DNA of 64,000 bases from Longimicrobiales bacterium. GTDB taxonomy: Bacteria; Gemmatimonadota; Gemmatimonadetes; Longimicrobiales; Gaopeijiaceae. Below, piece after piece: positions 9,165-18,608 of this stretch. Location of the stretch: contig OZ242008.1 in assembly GCA_965204735.1 (NCBI GenBank), positions 1,504,001 to 1,568,000 of the forward strand. Direction: 5' to 3'. Below the pieces are notes generated by a model. The model made no database searches. It saw only the letters and a program-made list of their open reading frames with translations, and had not been told where the DNA came from. Position numbers and translations under genes: made by a program. Within the stretch, counting starts at the first letter, position 1; every line of letters starts with the position of its first letter.

Positions 9165-9956
9165 CTCTTTCTCCTCCTTTGGTTGGATGATCTGCTCCAC
9201 GATGTCCTCACGTGCCTCCTCCGGCACCCCCACCACACGCAGCCGCTCGTCCGTCCAGTCCGCGAACGCCTGCCGCTCTGCAAGATAGTCCGGGCCGGCC
9301 CACTGCTCCGCCATGCTCTGGTGCACCGCCGGAAAGTTCGTCCACGGGTCCTCCTCCAGCGCCGCGACCCAGCCCAGCACGCTCTCCCTGGGAAGCAACC
9401 CTTGCGCCAGTGCCGACCGCAAGTCAAGCAGCCCGTAGCCGTGAGTGGTCGCCAGGCCGGCCACCGCCCGCGCCACGACCGGCGACGGCTCTTGCCTGCT
9501 GGCCAGCCCGGCCAGCGTCGTCTCGGCCGTCCATGGCCGCGTGCCGGTGTAGACGACGAACGAGAGCACGAGGGGCATGGCGCCGTCGGGGTCGCGCTGG
9601 CGCTCGAGCGTGTGCAGCACCGTGTAGGCGGCCTCGGTGTAGCGCAGCGTCCTGAGGACCATGCCCGGATCGACGGAGGACTGGAACTCGAAGAGGAGGA
9701 CCGCCGATCGACCGTCCTTGAACCGGACGCGCCAAGCGCAGTCGCAGAGCCGGCGCTTCAGGTCGGGGCCCACGGTCTCGGTGGGGAAGGGGTCGGCGGC
9801 CGGCAGGTCGAACTCGTCGGCCCAGCCCATGGCCGCGAGGTCGCGGACGAGGGCCACGCCGCCGCCCGTCGTGTTGAAGAGGCGCTTGTAGCTCTGGTCG
9901 TGGCGGCGGCGTTCCGGCTTGAGGCGAGAGGGCGGTTTGCTGGTGGAAGGGTCCAT
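8850..9956 (-). CDS. Rpn family recombination-promoting nuclease / putative transposase (YhgA-like)
   Basis: 'HDQSYKRLF', 'RRLCDCAWRV', 'LLFEFQSSVD..MVLR', 'VVYTG..PW'; C-terminal 'GLEQGLQQGLERGREQG' repeats and 'RRFG' domain. Confidence 0.9.
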   Translation of the reverse strand: MDPSTSKPPSRLKPERRRHDQSYKRLFNTTGGGVALVRDLAAMGWADEFDLPAADPFPTETVGPDLKRRLCDCAWRVRFKDGRSAVLLFEFQSSVDPGMVLRTLRYTEAAYTVLHTLERQRDPDGAMPLVLSFVVYTGTRPWTAETTLAGLASRQEPSPVVARAVAGLATTHGYGLLDLRSALAQGLLPRESVLGWVAALEEDPWTNFPAVHQSMAEQWAGPDYLAERQAFADWTDERLRVVGVPEEAREDIVEQIIQPKEEKEMGQTYAEWAEGHRQRGLEQGLQQGLERGREQGLERGLERGRAEGRAILLRLASRRFGARTARRLEARVRSMSAEQLVRVGDAVVECDTAEDFLAVAGDGDAEGR

Positions 9957-10295
9957 GGCGGCGGCTCCGTTACGTCCGAGACGAGAGGCGCTTCGGAGGC
10001 GTCGCGGACGGATTTCCCCCGAAGCTGGCCGGGACGGTCTCCGGCCCTGGTCCTCAGTGTCTCACCGCGGATGCGCCATTTCCATGGCTGGATGGGACAG
10101 ATTTTTTTTCGTCTCTTCCGGGCTGGTCCGGAGGCCCCGCGTGTCCTGTGAGCAAGGCGGGCTGAAGTTCCTCCGGCGCGCCTTGGGGGGCACACAGCCC
10201 AGCTCGCTGACGTCTTGAGGATCTCGATTAGCTTCTTGCCGTCGCAGGTGCCCCGCGTTCGCCTGCCCGTCGTCCCCCACGACCTCGGTTCCCAC

Positions 10296-11249
10296 ATGCA
10301 TACGTCCCGCCGACCGACCCTCGGGGCTCGCGCCCCACGCGCCGTCCTCGCCCTGCTGCCTGCTACCGTCCTCTCGACAGCGGCAAGCGTCCCCGCAACC
10401 GTTCCCGCACCCGCCTCGGCTCAGCAGGTCGGTCCCGAGAACGGCAGCCTGATCGTCGCCGGGGGCGCCCTGCGCGACCCTGCCGTCTTCCAGCGCTTCG
10501 TGGAGCTGGCCGGCGGGCCCTCCGCCCCCGTCGTCGTCATCCCCACGGCCGGCGGCGCCGACGACTACGACCAGTTCTTCCAGGGCCGCCGGCCCTTCGA
10601 GAACGCGGGCGCCCGCCACGTGACGGTCCTCCACACCTACGACCCCCAGGTGGCCGACACCGACGCCTTCGCCGAGCCCCTGCGCCAAGCCCGAGGCGTC
10701 TGGTTCACCGGCGGACGCCAGTGGCGCTTGGCCGACTCGTACCTGAACACCAAGGTGCACGACGCCCTCTGGGACGTGCTGGCCCGCGGGGGCGTGATCG
10801 GCGGCTCGTCGGCGGGCGCGTCGATCCAGGGCTCGTACTTGGTGCGCGGCGACACCCGCACCAACACCGTCATGATGGGCGACCACGAGGTCGGCCTGGG
10901 CTTCCTCAAGGGCGTCGCCATCGACCAGCACCTGTTGCGCCGCAACCGCCACTTCGACCTGATCGAGGTGATCCGCGCCAAGCCCGAGCTGCTGGGGATC
11001 GGCCTGGACGAGAACACGGCCATCGTGGTCCGAGGCGACCGCTTCGAGGTCGTGGGCCAGAGCTACGCCGTCATCTACGACCACCGCGCCACCTTGGACA
11101 CCGGCGGCCTCTTCTACTTCCTGGCTCCGGGCGACCGCTACGACATGGCGGCCCGACAAGCGTTCCGCCCCAGCCGGGGCCAAGAGGAGCTGGAACGAGT
11201 CACTGGCACGCCGTGGCCGCCCCCTAAATCGTCGAATGACGCAAGTTGA
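10296..11249 (+). CDS. Cyanophycinase-like serine peptidase (S51) with signal peptide
   Basis: Signal-like N-terminus ending 'PASA-QQ'; 'LIVAGG', 'VIPTA', 'VWFTGGRQ', catalytic 'GGSSAGA', 'IDQH', 'GIGLDENTA'. Confidence 0.9.
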   Translation: MHTSRRPTLGARAPRAVLALLPATVLSTAASVPATVPAPASAQQVGPENGSLIVAGGALRDPAVFQRFVELAGGPSAPVVVIPTAGGADDYDQFFQGRRPFENAGARHVTVLHTYDPQVADTDAFAEPLRQARGVWFTGGRQWRLADSYLNTKVHDALWDVLARGGVIGGSSAGASIQGSYLVRGDTRTNTVMMGDHEVGLGFLKGVAIDQHLLRRNRHFDLIEVIRAKPELLGIGLDENTAIVVRGDRFEVVGQSYAVIYDHRATLDTGGLFYFLAPGDRYDMAARQAFRPSRGQEELERVTGTPWPPPKSSNDAS

Positions 11250-11273
11250 CTGCAAACATGCTCATGGCATACT
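11246..11273 (+). promoter_or_regulatory. Candidate sigma70-type promoter upstream of the IS1634 derivative
   Basis: TTGACT (11246-11251), 16-nt spacer, TGn-CATACT (11268-11273). Confidence 0.35.
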
Positions 11274-11350
11274 CATCGCCGGAGCTGCAAGTCCGTACCA
11301 CGGGCAGAAGCCTCCGCACGTGATTCGCCCTTGGCGTTACGTTCATGGTC

Positions 11351-12274
11351 ATGTACGTGGAACGCGTGCCCAACCGGAACTCGCCTCCTGCCGTCCTGCT
11401 CCGACGCTCCTACCGTGAGGGCGGCAAGGTGCGCAAAGAGACGCTGGCGAACCTGTCGAAGTGGCCGGACGAGCTGGTCGAGAACTTCCGCATTCTACTC
11501 CAGGGCGGCGTCGCGGTGCCGTCCCTCGACGACGCCTTCCGCATCGTGCGCTCGCGTCCGCACGGCCACGTCGCTGCGGTCGTGGGCTCGGCCCGGAAGC
11601 TGGGCTTCGAGCAGCTGCTTGACCGCAAGCCGTCAAGGAACCGCTCGCTGGCGACGGCGATGGTCTTGGCCCGCATCCTGGACCCCGACTCGCAGCTGGC
11701 GACGGCGCAGGGCCTGATCCGCGAGACGCTGGCCGACACGCTGGCCGAGGAGCTGGACGTGCAGGACGCCGACGCCGACGAGCTGGGCGCGGCGCTGGAC
11801 TGGCTGCTGGCGCGTCAAGCGGGGGTCGAGCGGCGGCTGACGCGCAAGCACCTCGCCGACGGTTCGCTGGCGCTGGGCGACATGACGTCGGCGTTCCGCA
11901 GCTGCGACCACCGCCTGGTGGGCCGGGCGCGAGCCCACGCCTTCCTTCGTAGGCTGGCCTGCTACGTCGAGTGGCACATGCGCCGTGCGCTCGCACCCAT
12001 GCTCTTGGACGCCCACGACCCGACCGTCGCCGAGGGCGGACATCCGTCTCCCGTCGCTCCCGCCCCGGCCGCACCCGCTACTGGGACCAAGGCCGGCGTA
12101 CCGAACGTCCCGCCCGACGGACTCCCCGTCCACAGCTTCCGCACGCTGCTCGCCGACCTGGCCACCCTGACCCGCAACCGCGTCCAGCCCGCAGGCGCCG
12201 CCCCGACCGACATTCTCGCACTGCCTACCCCCGTCCAGGACCGTGCGTTCCGCCTCCTCGGCGTAAAGCCCTGA
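11351..12274 (+). mobile_element. IS1634-family transposase, internally deleted in frame (non-autonomous)
   Basis: Typical IS1634 N-terminus 'MYVERVPNRNSPPAVLLRRSYREGGKVRKETLANLSKWP' and C-terminus 'RAHAFL..LACYVEWHMRRALAP...GLPVHSFRTLLADLATLTRN...PTPVQ.RAF.LLGV'. The central catalytic region is missing after 'LALGDMTS'. About 307 aa. Confidence 0.85.
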
Positions 12275-12288
12275 CCCCCCGCAGCCCC

Positions 12289-14772
12289 ATGCCCGTAGAC
12301 CGCGAGGTCCGCCTCGAGGCGACAACCGACGCCCTTCTGGTTGCCAACGGCGGTCGGGCCTTCTCTCGCAGGGGAGTGATCAGCATTTGCGCGTCTCACC
12401 TGAGCGACAAGCGGCTGAGCCAATCGGACGACGACGTGCAAGACGACTTCGGAGGTGCGGACGCGAATTTGGTGCAAGGTATTCGCGACCGTGAACTGGA
12501 GACATACGGTGGCGACCGAAACCGCATCACGTCCGACTATCGAGGCGAGGACGAGACCAGCCGCGACTACGGCGATCGGTTCTTGTGGGAGCTCCTGCAA
12601 AACGCCGCCGACGCCATGGGCGACGATCGTCCCAGTGGAGAACTAATCGGCTCCAAGGGACTGGGATTCAAGGCGGTGCTTGAGGTCACCGAGACACCGG
12701 AAATCCATTCCGGTCCGTTTCACTTCCTCTTCTCTGCGGCGAAGACCCAGCGTCTTGTCAAGAAGGAAGGGCTGCACGACGACCCGCCACCTCTCACGTT
12801 CCGCATCCCCCATACCGCCACGCCCGACGGAAGGGTCAAGGAGCTCCTGGATGCCGGCTACACAACGGTAATTCGGCTTCCGTGGAAGGACGACGACGCG
12901 AGAAGAACCGTGCTCCGCCGACTCCAGGACCTGGATCCCTTCTTCATGCTCCTTGTCCCGCACCTGTCCACCCTTCGCATCACCGGCCCGAACGGAGAGA
13001 CTCTCCACAGAGCTCACGGGACCGAGCCCGAACTGTCCGACGGCGTCGTGCGGCTCACCACCGACGACTCCGACGGCTCCCAATCGACCTGCTGGCGTCG
13101 ATGGACCTGGACGCAGAAGCAGAATGGGAAGCACCTTACTGCCGCGATCTGCCTGCCGCTGGCGAAGGGGGACAAGGGCGTTCCAGTCGCCCACTGCCGG
13201 ACCACTCCGCTCTTTGCCTTCTTTCCGACCCGGCATGAGACGAAGATGCGCGCCGTGGTCCATGCCTCCTTCGACCTGGAGCACAGCCGCAAGTCCACGA
13301 GGACCGGAGATCACGACGACGAGATCATCGAAGCGTTCGAGAACTTGCTTTGCCGTGTGATCGACGACGTCCCGGCCCAGACTGCCCTTGAGGCTTTCGC
13401 CCAGACGGGTCCCGACGATGAAGACGCCAACCTGTCTTCGGCCAGCCCGCTCCCCGGCGACAGACTCCGCCCGACCGCCTGGCGCACGGTCTCCAAGACA
13501 CGGTTCATACCAACCGTAGGCGGAGGTAGTACAAGACCCGGCGCAGTTCGGTTGTGGCGCCACCGACTTGGCTTCGTGCTGAACGAGGACGTCGACGATG
13601 TGCGTAACGCACGCCTTCTTGCACCGGGACTCCGGAGGCTTTCGAGCCAGCTGCGCCGCTTCGGAGCAGAAGAACTGCGCACAGCGCAATACATCAACCT
13701 ACTCCGGCATTGTCGCAACCGTTCGGCAAGCGAGTGCGTGCTGAGTTGGATGACCTTGACGCGCGTGTTGCGGCAAGCCGGGTATCCCATGGCTGAGCGG
13801 CTCCAGGTGCCCTGCTGGTGGACGGAAAGCGAGGTCGCCAGACCGTTGGATGGTGGCTTGCCTATGTTGCTTGATCGCCCAGAAAGCTGGCCTGACTGGT
13901 TGCAGATCGACATCCTACACAGCGACATGAAGGCGGCGGGCACCCGGGGTTCCAAACCGCCATGGGAGTCCACTGATGTGCTCCGTACTCAGGAGCACTA
14001 CTGTGATCGCGTATTGTATCCGCACCTGGCAACATGGACCCAGGACGAGTGGTGCGACAGAGGATGGGTGGCACTCGACCAGTTTCGACAGTGGTATACC
14101 GTTCCGAAAAAAGATGATGTTGCCCCATGGGTCGGCAGGAGCACGCAGTACCGTCGCAAGAGCGCAATCGCACATCTCCGTGTTCCTACCGACAAGGGCT
14201 GGTTGCCGTCCGCCGACTGCTACGCCGGTGGTGCGTGGGACGGGCTGAAGGCCTTCGACCGGTACTTTGCGAGTATCCGCGATCGAGGCCTCCTGCTGCC
14301 TTGGGAGCAATGGCCGAAACAGATGCGCCAAGAAACCGCCAAGGATGACTGGAAGCCCATACTCCGGTGGCTCGGGGTTTCCTGGGAGCCGAAGGTGCGC
14401 GAGATGGAGCTTTCGTCTGATGAGAAACCGCGGCCCAACCTATGGCGAGCTTACAAGGATGACAATGACATATGGGCGACAAGCTGGATATTCAACGTGA
14501 TCATTGAACACTTTCCTCACTGCATTCGCGACTTGGATGTGGCCGAGCCTGAACACACAATGGACGCGGTGATTCGATTGGCACGGGCGGTGGCGAGTCA
14601 GAACGCACGCTACTTCTACCGCAAGCCTAAGACATGCACAACATTTGCTTGGTATCAGCTCCGTAATACGAAGTGGTTGCCGTGTACGCGCTCACTGCTA
14701 CATAACGAGGACAGAGTGGTTCCCACCCAAGCGTTCATGCCAGATATGGGCTTCAATGGAAATGCTTCCTGA
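12289..14772 (+). CDS. Sacsin/NOV-like GHKL ATPase protein, N-terminal part (probably frameshifted into the next ORF)
   Basis: 'LLVANGGRAF...SICASHLSDK', 'YGDRFLWELLQNAADA', 'IGSKGLGFKAV', 'PEIHSG', 'TTVIRLP', 'LFAFFPT', 'VVHASFDL..SRK'. Visibly lower GC than the core genes, especially toward its 3' end. Confidence 0.75.
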   Translation: MPVDREVRLEATTDALLVANGGRAFSRRGVISICASHLSDKRLSQSDDDVQDDFGGADANLVQGIRDRELETYGGDRNRITSDYRGEDETSRDYGDRFLWELLQNAADAMGDDRPSGELIGSKGLGFKAVLEVTETPEIHSGPFHFLFSAAKTQRLVKKEGLHDDPPPLTFRIPHTATPDGRVKELLDAGYTTVIRLPWKDDDARRTVLRRLQDLDPFFMLLVPHLSTLRITGPNGETLHRAHGTEPELSDGVVRLTTDDSDGSQSTCWRRWTWTQKQNGKHLTAAICLPLAKGDKGVPVAHCRTTPLFAFFPTRHETKMRAVVHASFDLEHSRKSTRTGDHDDEIIEAFENLLCRVIDDVPAQTALEAFAQTGPDDEDANLSSASPLPGDRLRPTAWRTVSKTRFIPTVGGGSTRPGAVRLWRHRLGFVLNEDVDDVRNARLLAPGLRRLSSQLRRFGAEELRTAQYINLLRHCRNRSASECVLSWMTLTRVLRQAGYPMAERLQVPCWWTESEVARPLDGGLPMLLDRPESWPDWLQIDILHSDMKAAGTRGSKPPWESTDVLRTQEHYCDRVLYPHLATWTQDEWCDRGWVALDQFRQWYTVPKKDDVAPWVGRSTQYRRKSAIAHLRVPTDKGWLPSADCYAGGAWDGLKAFDRYFASIRDRGLLLPWEQWPKQMRQETAKDDWKPILRWLGVSWEPKVREMELSSDEKPRPNLWRAYKDDNDIWATSWIFNVIIEHFPHCIRDLDVAEPEHTMDAVIRLARAVASQNARYFYRKPKTCTTFAWYQLRNTKWLPCTRSLLHNEDRVVPTQAFMPDMGFNGNAS

Positions 14773-16459
14773 AGTGCTACTACGGGGCAGTGACCGTGAG
14801 ATATGGATATGGTTGTGGCAACTTGGCGTTAAAAGTGGTCTGCCGGACTACCCAGGCGCATGGCACGATTGGATGTGTCGGCTGTCGAGAATCGGAAACG
14901 GAAGCGATCGATACGATCCCGAGCACGTACGGAGAGCCGCAGATGCATTGTATCGCGGCTACTTGAACCTCGAAAGTGGCGACGACACGCCGTTTCCGTC
15001 GGATATTCAGCTTCCTTGTCTTACAGCCGCTGACGATGGCCCAGTCTTTACGTTTGCGTCGGCGTCGGAGGTGTACTACGTGGACGAACCACACCTGCAA
15101 GAGGTCGGGGACGAAATTGTTCAGAGAGGATACAACCTTTTTATACTTTCTCCTCATGCCGGGAAGCGAGCCCCGTCTCGGCTGCGAATCTCGCGTCTTT
15201 CGAGTGCCCTGAACGCAGACGTGCGATTCATTGAAGAGGATGTTCGTGCGACCGAGGCCGTTCGACTACGGTACCAGCAACGTCGAGTGGGCTTGATCCT
15301 TGCTGCTGGACTGAAAGAGGGGCAGCTTCCTCAAGATCTGGCGGTCTCCGTTGTCAAAGACCTGCGGGTGGACTTGGTGGATCCCGAGAAAGTCGAGGAG
15401 ATCGCCAGCGTCGGTGTTCTGTCGTGGACAGGTCAGGATCGACCGTTGCTTCTGAGCCAGCGAAGCCGGTGGCGTGCGTTTGGACATGGACTTGCACGAT
15501 GGGTGGTTCGTCGGGACACGATGGCGTCATTGTTTGAGACCTTGCTGCGCGAACGGAGTCGCCGGGAATATGAGGATCGACTCCTGCAATTTGGCATTAC
15601 GAGAGATGATGTGGAGCGGGCCATGGCAGACTGGACCGATGATTCGGACAGCGATCGGGGCGACTCTCGTGAGCGTTGGGAGGGATCGGGACCGGACGAC
15701 TCGACAAGAGATTTGGACGGACGGAAACACAGCGAGCCGGATACAACCGACAGCGTCGATGCCGGTCGATCGGACGGACACGAGTTTCGCCAGACCGGAT
15801 CTGGTGTTCGCCAGACCGGATCTGAGGGTGGCGGGGCTGGCAAGAGCGGGCGTCCACCGACCGGAGGTAGCGGTCCCGGTTCGACGGGCCCCAGTGGAAA
15901 ACAGCCGAATGTCGCAGCGGGTCGTGCGGCGGAGGATTGGCTGGCGGAACGGCTCGAGGAGACCTTTCCACAAGGAGCCGTGCAGCGTAGAGTCAGAGAC
16001 TCGCAGAACCGAGAAAGCGACTTCGTAGTCCGCCCAGGTTCGGTCGAGTTTCACATTGAGGTCAAGCACTTGGCGCGCGTCCCTGGCAAGATCTATTGGT
16101 CGGAGGGTCAGTGCGGCAAGGCTCAAGAGATATTTCGTGGTGAGTCCGCAGAATGGTACTTCATGGCCTTGCTGGTTTCAGATTCCGGTGGCCAGTACCA
16201 GATCTACTGGTCCTGGAATCCGCTCTCTGAACTCCAGGTCGTCCAGAGGGAAGTACAGTGGGAAGGCACGAGCAAGTACGAGGCCGTGGAGTCGGACTCC
16301 TGGGATGTGGCAGATCAGCAACCCCAAGACGTGCCGGTCAACCGACACAAGTTCCGCATTCAAGTCGACCAGGGACTGCTGGATGGTCTCGACAAGGACG
16401 ACAAGTGGCTACGAAAGCTGCAGGAACAAATCCATGAAGTGGTCGCCACCTCAAGGTAG
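14756..16459 (+). CDS. C-terminal part of the sacsin-like protein with DUF3883/NOV-C-like PD-(D/E)XK nuclease domain
   Basis: 'GRAAEDWLAERL...ESDFVV....FHIEVKH' after an acidic/Gly-rich linker. Overlaps the previous ORF at GGAAATG (14758-14764), where deleting one A fuses both frames. Confidence 0.65.
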   Translation: MEMLPEVLLRGSDREIWIWLWQLGVKSGLPDYPGAWHDWMCRLSRIGNGSDRYDPEHVRRAADALYRGYLNLESGDDTPFPSDIQLPCLTAADDGPVFTFASASEVYYVDEPHLQEVGDEIVQRGYNLFILSPHAGKRAPSRLRISRLSSALNADVRFIEEDVRATEAVRLRYQQRRVGLILAAGLKEGQLPQDLAVSVVKDLRVDLVDPEKVEEIASVGVLSWTGQDRPLLLSQRSRWRAFGHGLARWVVRRDTMASLFETLLRERSRREYEDRLLQFGITRDDVERAMADWTDDSDSDRGDSRERWEGSGPDDSTRDLDGRKHSEPDTTDSVDAGRSDGHEFRQTGSGVRQTGSEGGGAGKSGRPPTGGSGPGSTGPSGKQPNVAAGRAAEDWLAERLEETFPQGAVQRRVRDSQNRESDFVVRPGSVEFHIEVKHLARVPGKIYWSEGQCGKAQEIFRGESAEWYFMALLVSDSGGQYQIYWSWNPLSELQVVQREVQWEGTSKYEAVESDSWDVADQQPQDVPVNRHKFRIQVDQGLLDGLDKDDKWLRKLQEQIHEVVATSR

Positions 16460-16605
16460 CTGAGGTGCCCACACCTTGACGAAGCATCTCGCGCCAACGG
16501 CAACCGCGCCACCGCCTTCCCGCCCGGCACGTTCGCCGTGTGAAGCCTCGCGCGGCCGTCAGCCGCCCTCTGCAACGGCGCTCGGCTCCCATTAGCTTTC
16601 CCTTG

Positions 16606-18549
16606 ATGAACGCCCCCTCCCCCCCCGCCTCCGCGCCGCGCCTCCGCGCCGTCCTTCCCGACGGCCGTGCCGTCGAGCTTCCTCCCGGCTCCACCGCCGC
16701 CGACCTGGCCGCCCACATCGGCCCCGGCTTGGCCCGGGCCGCCCTGGCCGCGGTCGTGAACGGCGAAGTCGTGGACCTGGCCCGCCCCATCCCCGACGGC
16801 GCCCAAGTTCGCCTCCTCACCGAGCGCGACCCGGAGGCGCTGCCGGTGCTGCGCCACTCGGCGGCCCACGTCCTGGCCACCGCCGTCCGCGAGCTCGTGC
16901 CCACCGCGGGGATCGGCTTCGGCCCCGCCATCGACGACGGCTTCTACTACGACTTCGACGTGCCCGAGCCCTTCACGCCGGAGCAGGTCGCCGCCATCGA
17001 AGAACGCATGGCCGCCGTCGCAGCCGCCGACCACCCCTTCGAGCGGCAGGTCGTCGACAGGGAAGAGGCCCGGCAACTCTTCGCCGACGACCCCCTCAAG
17101 CTGGAGCGGCTGGACGAGCTCGCCGACGACGAGACGATCACCGTCTACCGCGACGGCCCCTTCCTGGACCTCTGCCGGGGTCCCCACGTTCCGAGCACCG
17201 GTCGCCTGAAGCACTTCAAGCTGCTCAGCGTCGCCGGCGCGTACTGGCGGGGCGACGAGAAGCGGCAGATGCTCCAGCGGATCTACGGCGCCGCCTTCTT
17301 CCGCAAGAGCGACCTGAAGGCGCACCTCCACCGGCTGGAAGAAGCCAAGCGCCGCGACCACCGCACGCTGGGCAAGCAGCTGGACCTCTACTCGATCCAG
17401 GACGAAGTCGGCCCCGGCCTCGTCCTCTGGCACCCCCACGGGGGCCGCGTGCGCCACGTCGTGGAGGAGTTCCTCAAGAAGACGCTGATCGAGCACGGCT
17501 ACGAGATCGTCTTCACGCCCCACGTGGCCAGCGAGGAGCTGTACGAGCTGTCGGGCCACCTCGAGGTCTTCGCCGACGACATGTTCCCGGCGATGGACGA
17601 CGACGGGACGCGCTTCCGCATGAAGCCGATGAACTGCCCCCACCACTTCATGATCTACCGCTCCGGCGTCCGCTCGCACCGCGACCTGCCCCTGCGCTAC
17701 GCCGAGCTGGGCACCTGCTACCGCTACGAGCGATCGGGCGCCCTCCACGGAATGCTGCGCGTCCGCGCCTTCACCCAGGACGACGCCCACATCTTCATCC
17801 GCGAGGACCAGATCGAAGAGGAGTACGGCCGCCTGCTCGACCTGGAACGCTACCTGCTGGGCGTCTTCGGCTACGAGTACCGCACCGCGCTCTCCACCCG
17901 CCCCGAGAAGGCGATCGGCGACCCGGCGGTATACGACGCGGCCTCGGAGCGCTTGGCCAGCGTCCTCCGCGACCGGGGACTCGACTACGAGCTCGACGAG
18001 GGAGGCGGCGCCTTCTACGGCCCCAAGGTGGACATCCTGGTCACCGACGCCCTGGGCCGGGAGTGGCAGGGAGGCACCTTCCAGCTGGACTTCCTCATGC
18101 CCCAGCGCTTCGGCCTGGAGTACGTGGGGGCCGACAACCGCCGCCACAACGCCGTCGTGATCCACCGCACCCTGCTGGGCTCGATGGAGCGGTTCGTGGG
18201 CGGCCTGATCGAGCACTACGCGGGGGCGTTCCCGCTCTGGCTGGCGCCCCGCCAGGTCGTCGTCCTTCCCGTCTCCCAGCAGTGGACTCCCTCGGCCCAC
18301 GAGCTGGCGGAGCGGCTGACCCGCGACGGCCTGCGCGCCGAGGTGGACGAACGGGAGACGCTGGGCTACCGGATCCGTGCCGCCGAGACCCGGAAGGTCC
18401 CCTACATGGCGATCGTGGGGGAGCGCGAAGCGGAAGCGGGCACGGTGGCGGTCCGCAAGCGCGGGGCCAAGAAGAAGCAGGTGACGATGAGCCGCGACGC
18501 CTTCGCCAACCGGCTGCGCGCCGAGGTGGAGAGCCGGGCGCTGGAGTGA
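16606..18549 (+). CDS. thrS: Threonine--tRNA ligase
   Basis: TGS domain, 'RHSAAHVLA', 'GFYYDF', 'DLCRGPHV', 'RDHR.LG', 'MKPMNCPHH', 'GAFYGPK', anticodon-binding domain. Confidence 0.98.
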   Translation: MNAPSPPASAPRLRAVLPDGRAVELPPGSTAADLAAHIGPGLARAALAAVVNGEVVDLARPIPDGAQVRLLTERDPEALPVLRHSAAHVLATAVRELVPTAGIGFGPAIDDGFYYDFDVPEPFTPEQVAAIEERMAAVAAADHPFERQVVDREEARQLFADDPLKLERLDELADDETITVYRDGPFLDLCRGPHVPSTGRLKHFKLLSVAGAYWRGDEKRQMLQRIYGAAFFRKSDLKAHLHRLEEAKRRDHRTLGKQLDLYSIQDEVGPGLVLWHPHGGRVRHVVEEFLKKTLIEHGYEIVFTPHVASEELYELSGHLEVFADDMFPAMDDDGTRFRMKPMNCPHHFMIYRSGVRSHRDLPLRYAELGTCYRYERSGALHGMLRVRAFTQDDAHIFIREDQIEEEYGRLLDLERYLLGVFGYEYRTALSTRPEKAIGDPAVYDAASERLASVLRDRGLDYELDEGGGAFYGPKVDILVTDALGREWQGGTFQLDFLMPQRFGLEYVGADNRRHNAVVIHRTLLGSMERFVGGLIEHYAGAFPLWLAPRQVVVLPVSQQWTPSAHELAERLTRDGLRAEVDERETLGYRIRAAETRKVPYMAIVGEREAEAGTVAVRKRGAKKKQVTMSRDAFANRLRAEVESRALE

Positions 18550-18608
18550 GCCTGCCGGTTCCCCCGCAGGAAGAGGACGGCCGGCGCCGCCGAGGTGTCG
18601 ACGATCAC
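18550..18608 (-). pseudogene. 5' remnant of a vapC (PIN) toxin gene
   Basis: GTG overlaps the vapB stop. Reads 'MIVDTSAAPAVLF' (PIN-type 'MIVDTSA' start), then runs into the antisense of thrS. Confidence 0.6.

Noticed and set aside
11971..12288. N-terminal extension of the sacsin-like ORF
   Set aside because: Overlaps the IS1634 ORF out of frame and is low-complexity Arg/Pro; ATG 12289 is the plausible start.
15786..15824. 18-bp direct repeat with 21-bp period in the DUF3883-like ORF
   Set aside because: Simple in-frame duplication in a disordered linker; no sign of a regulatory or att role.
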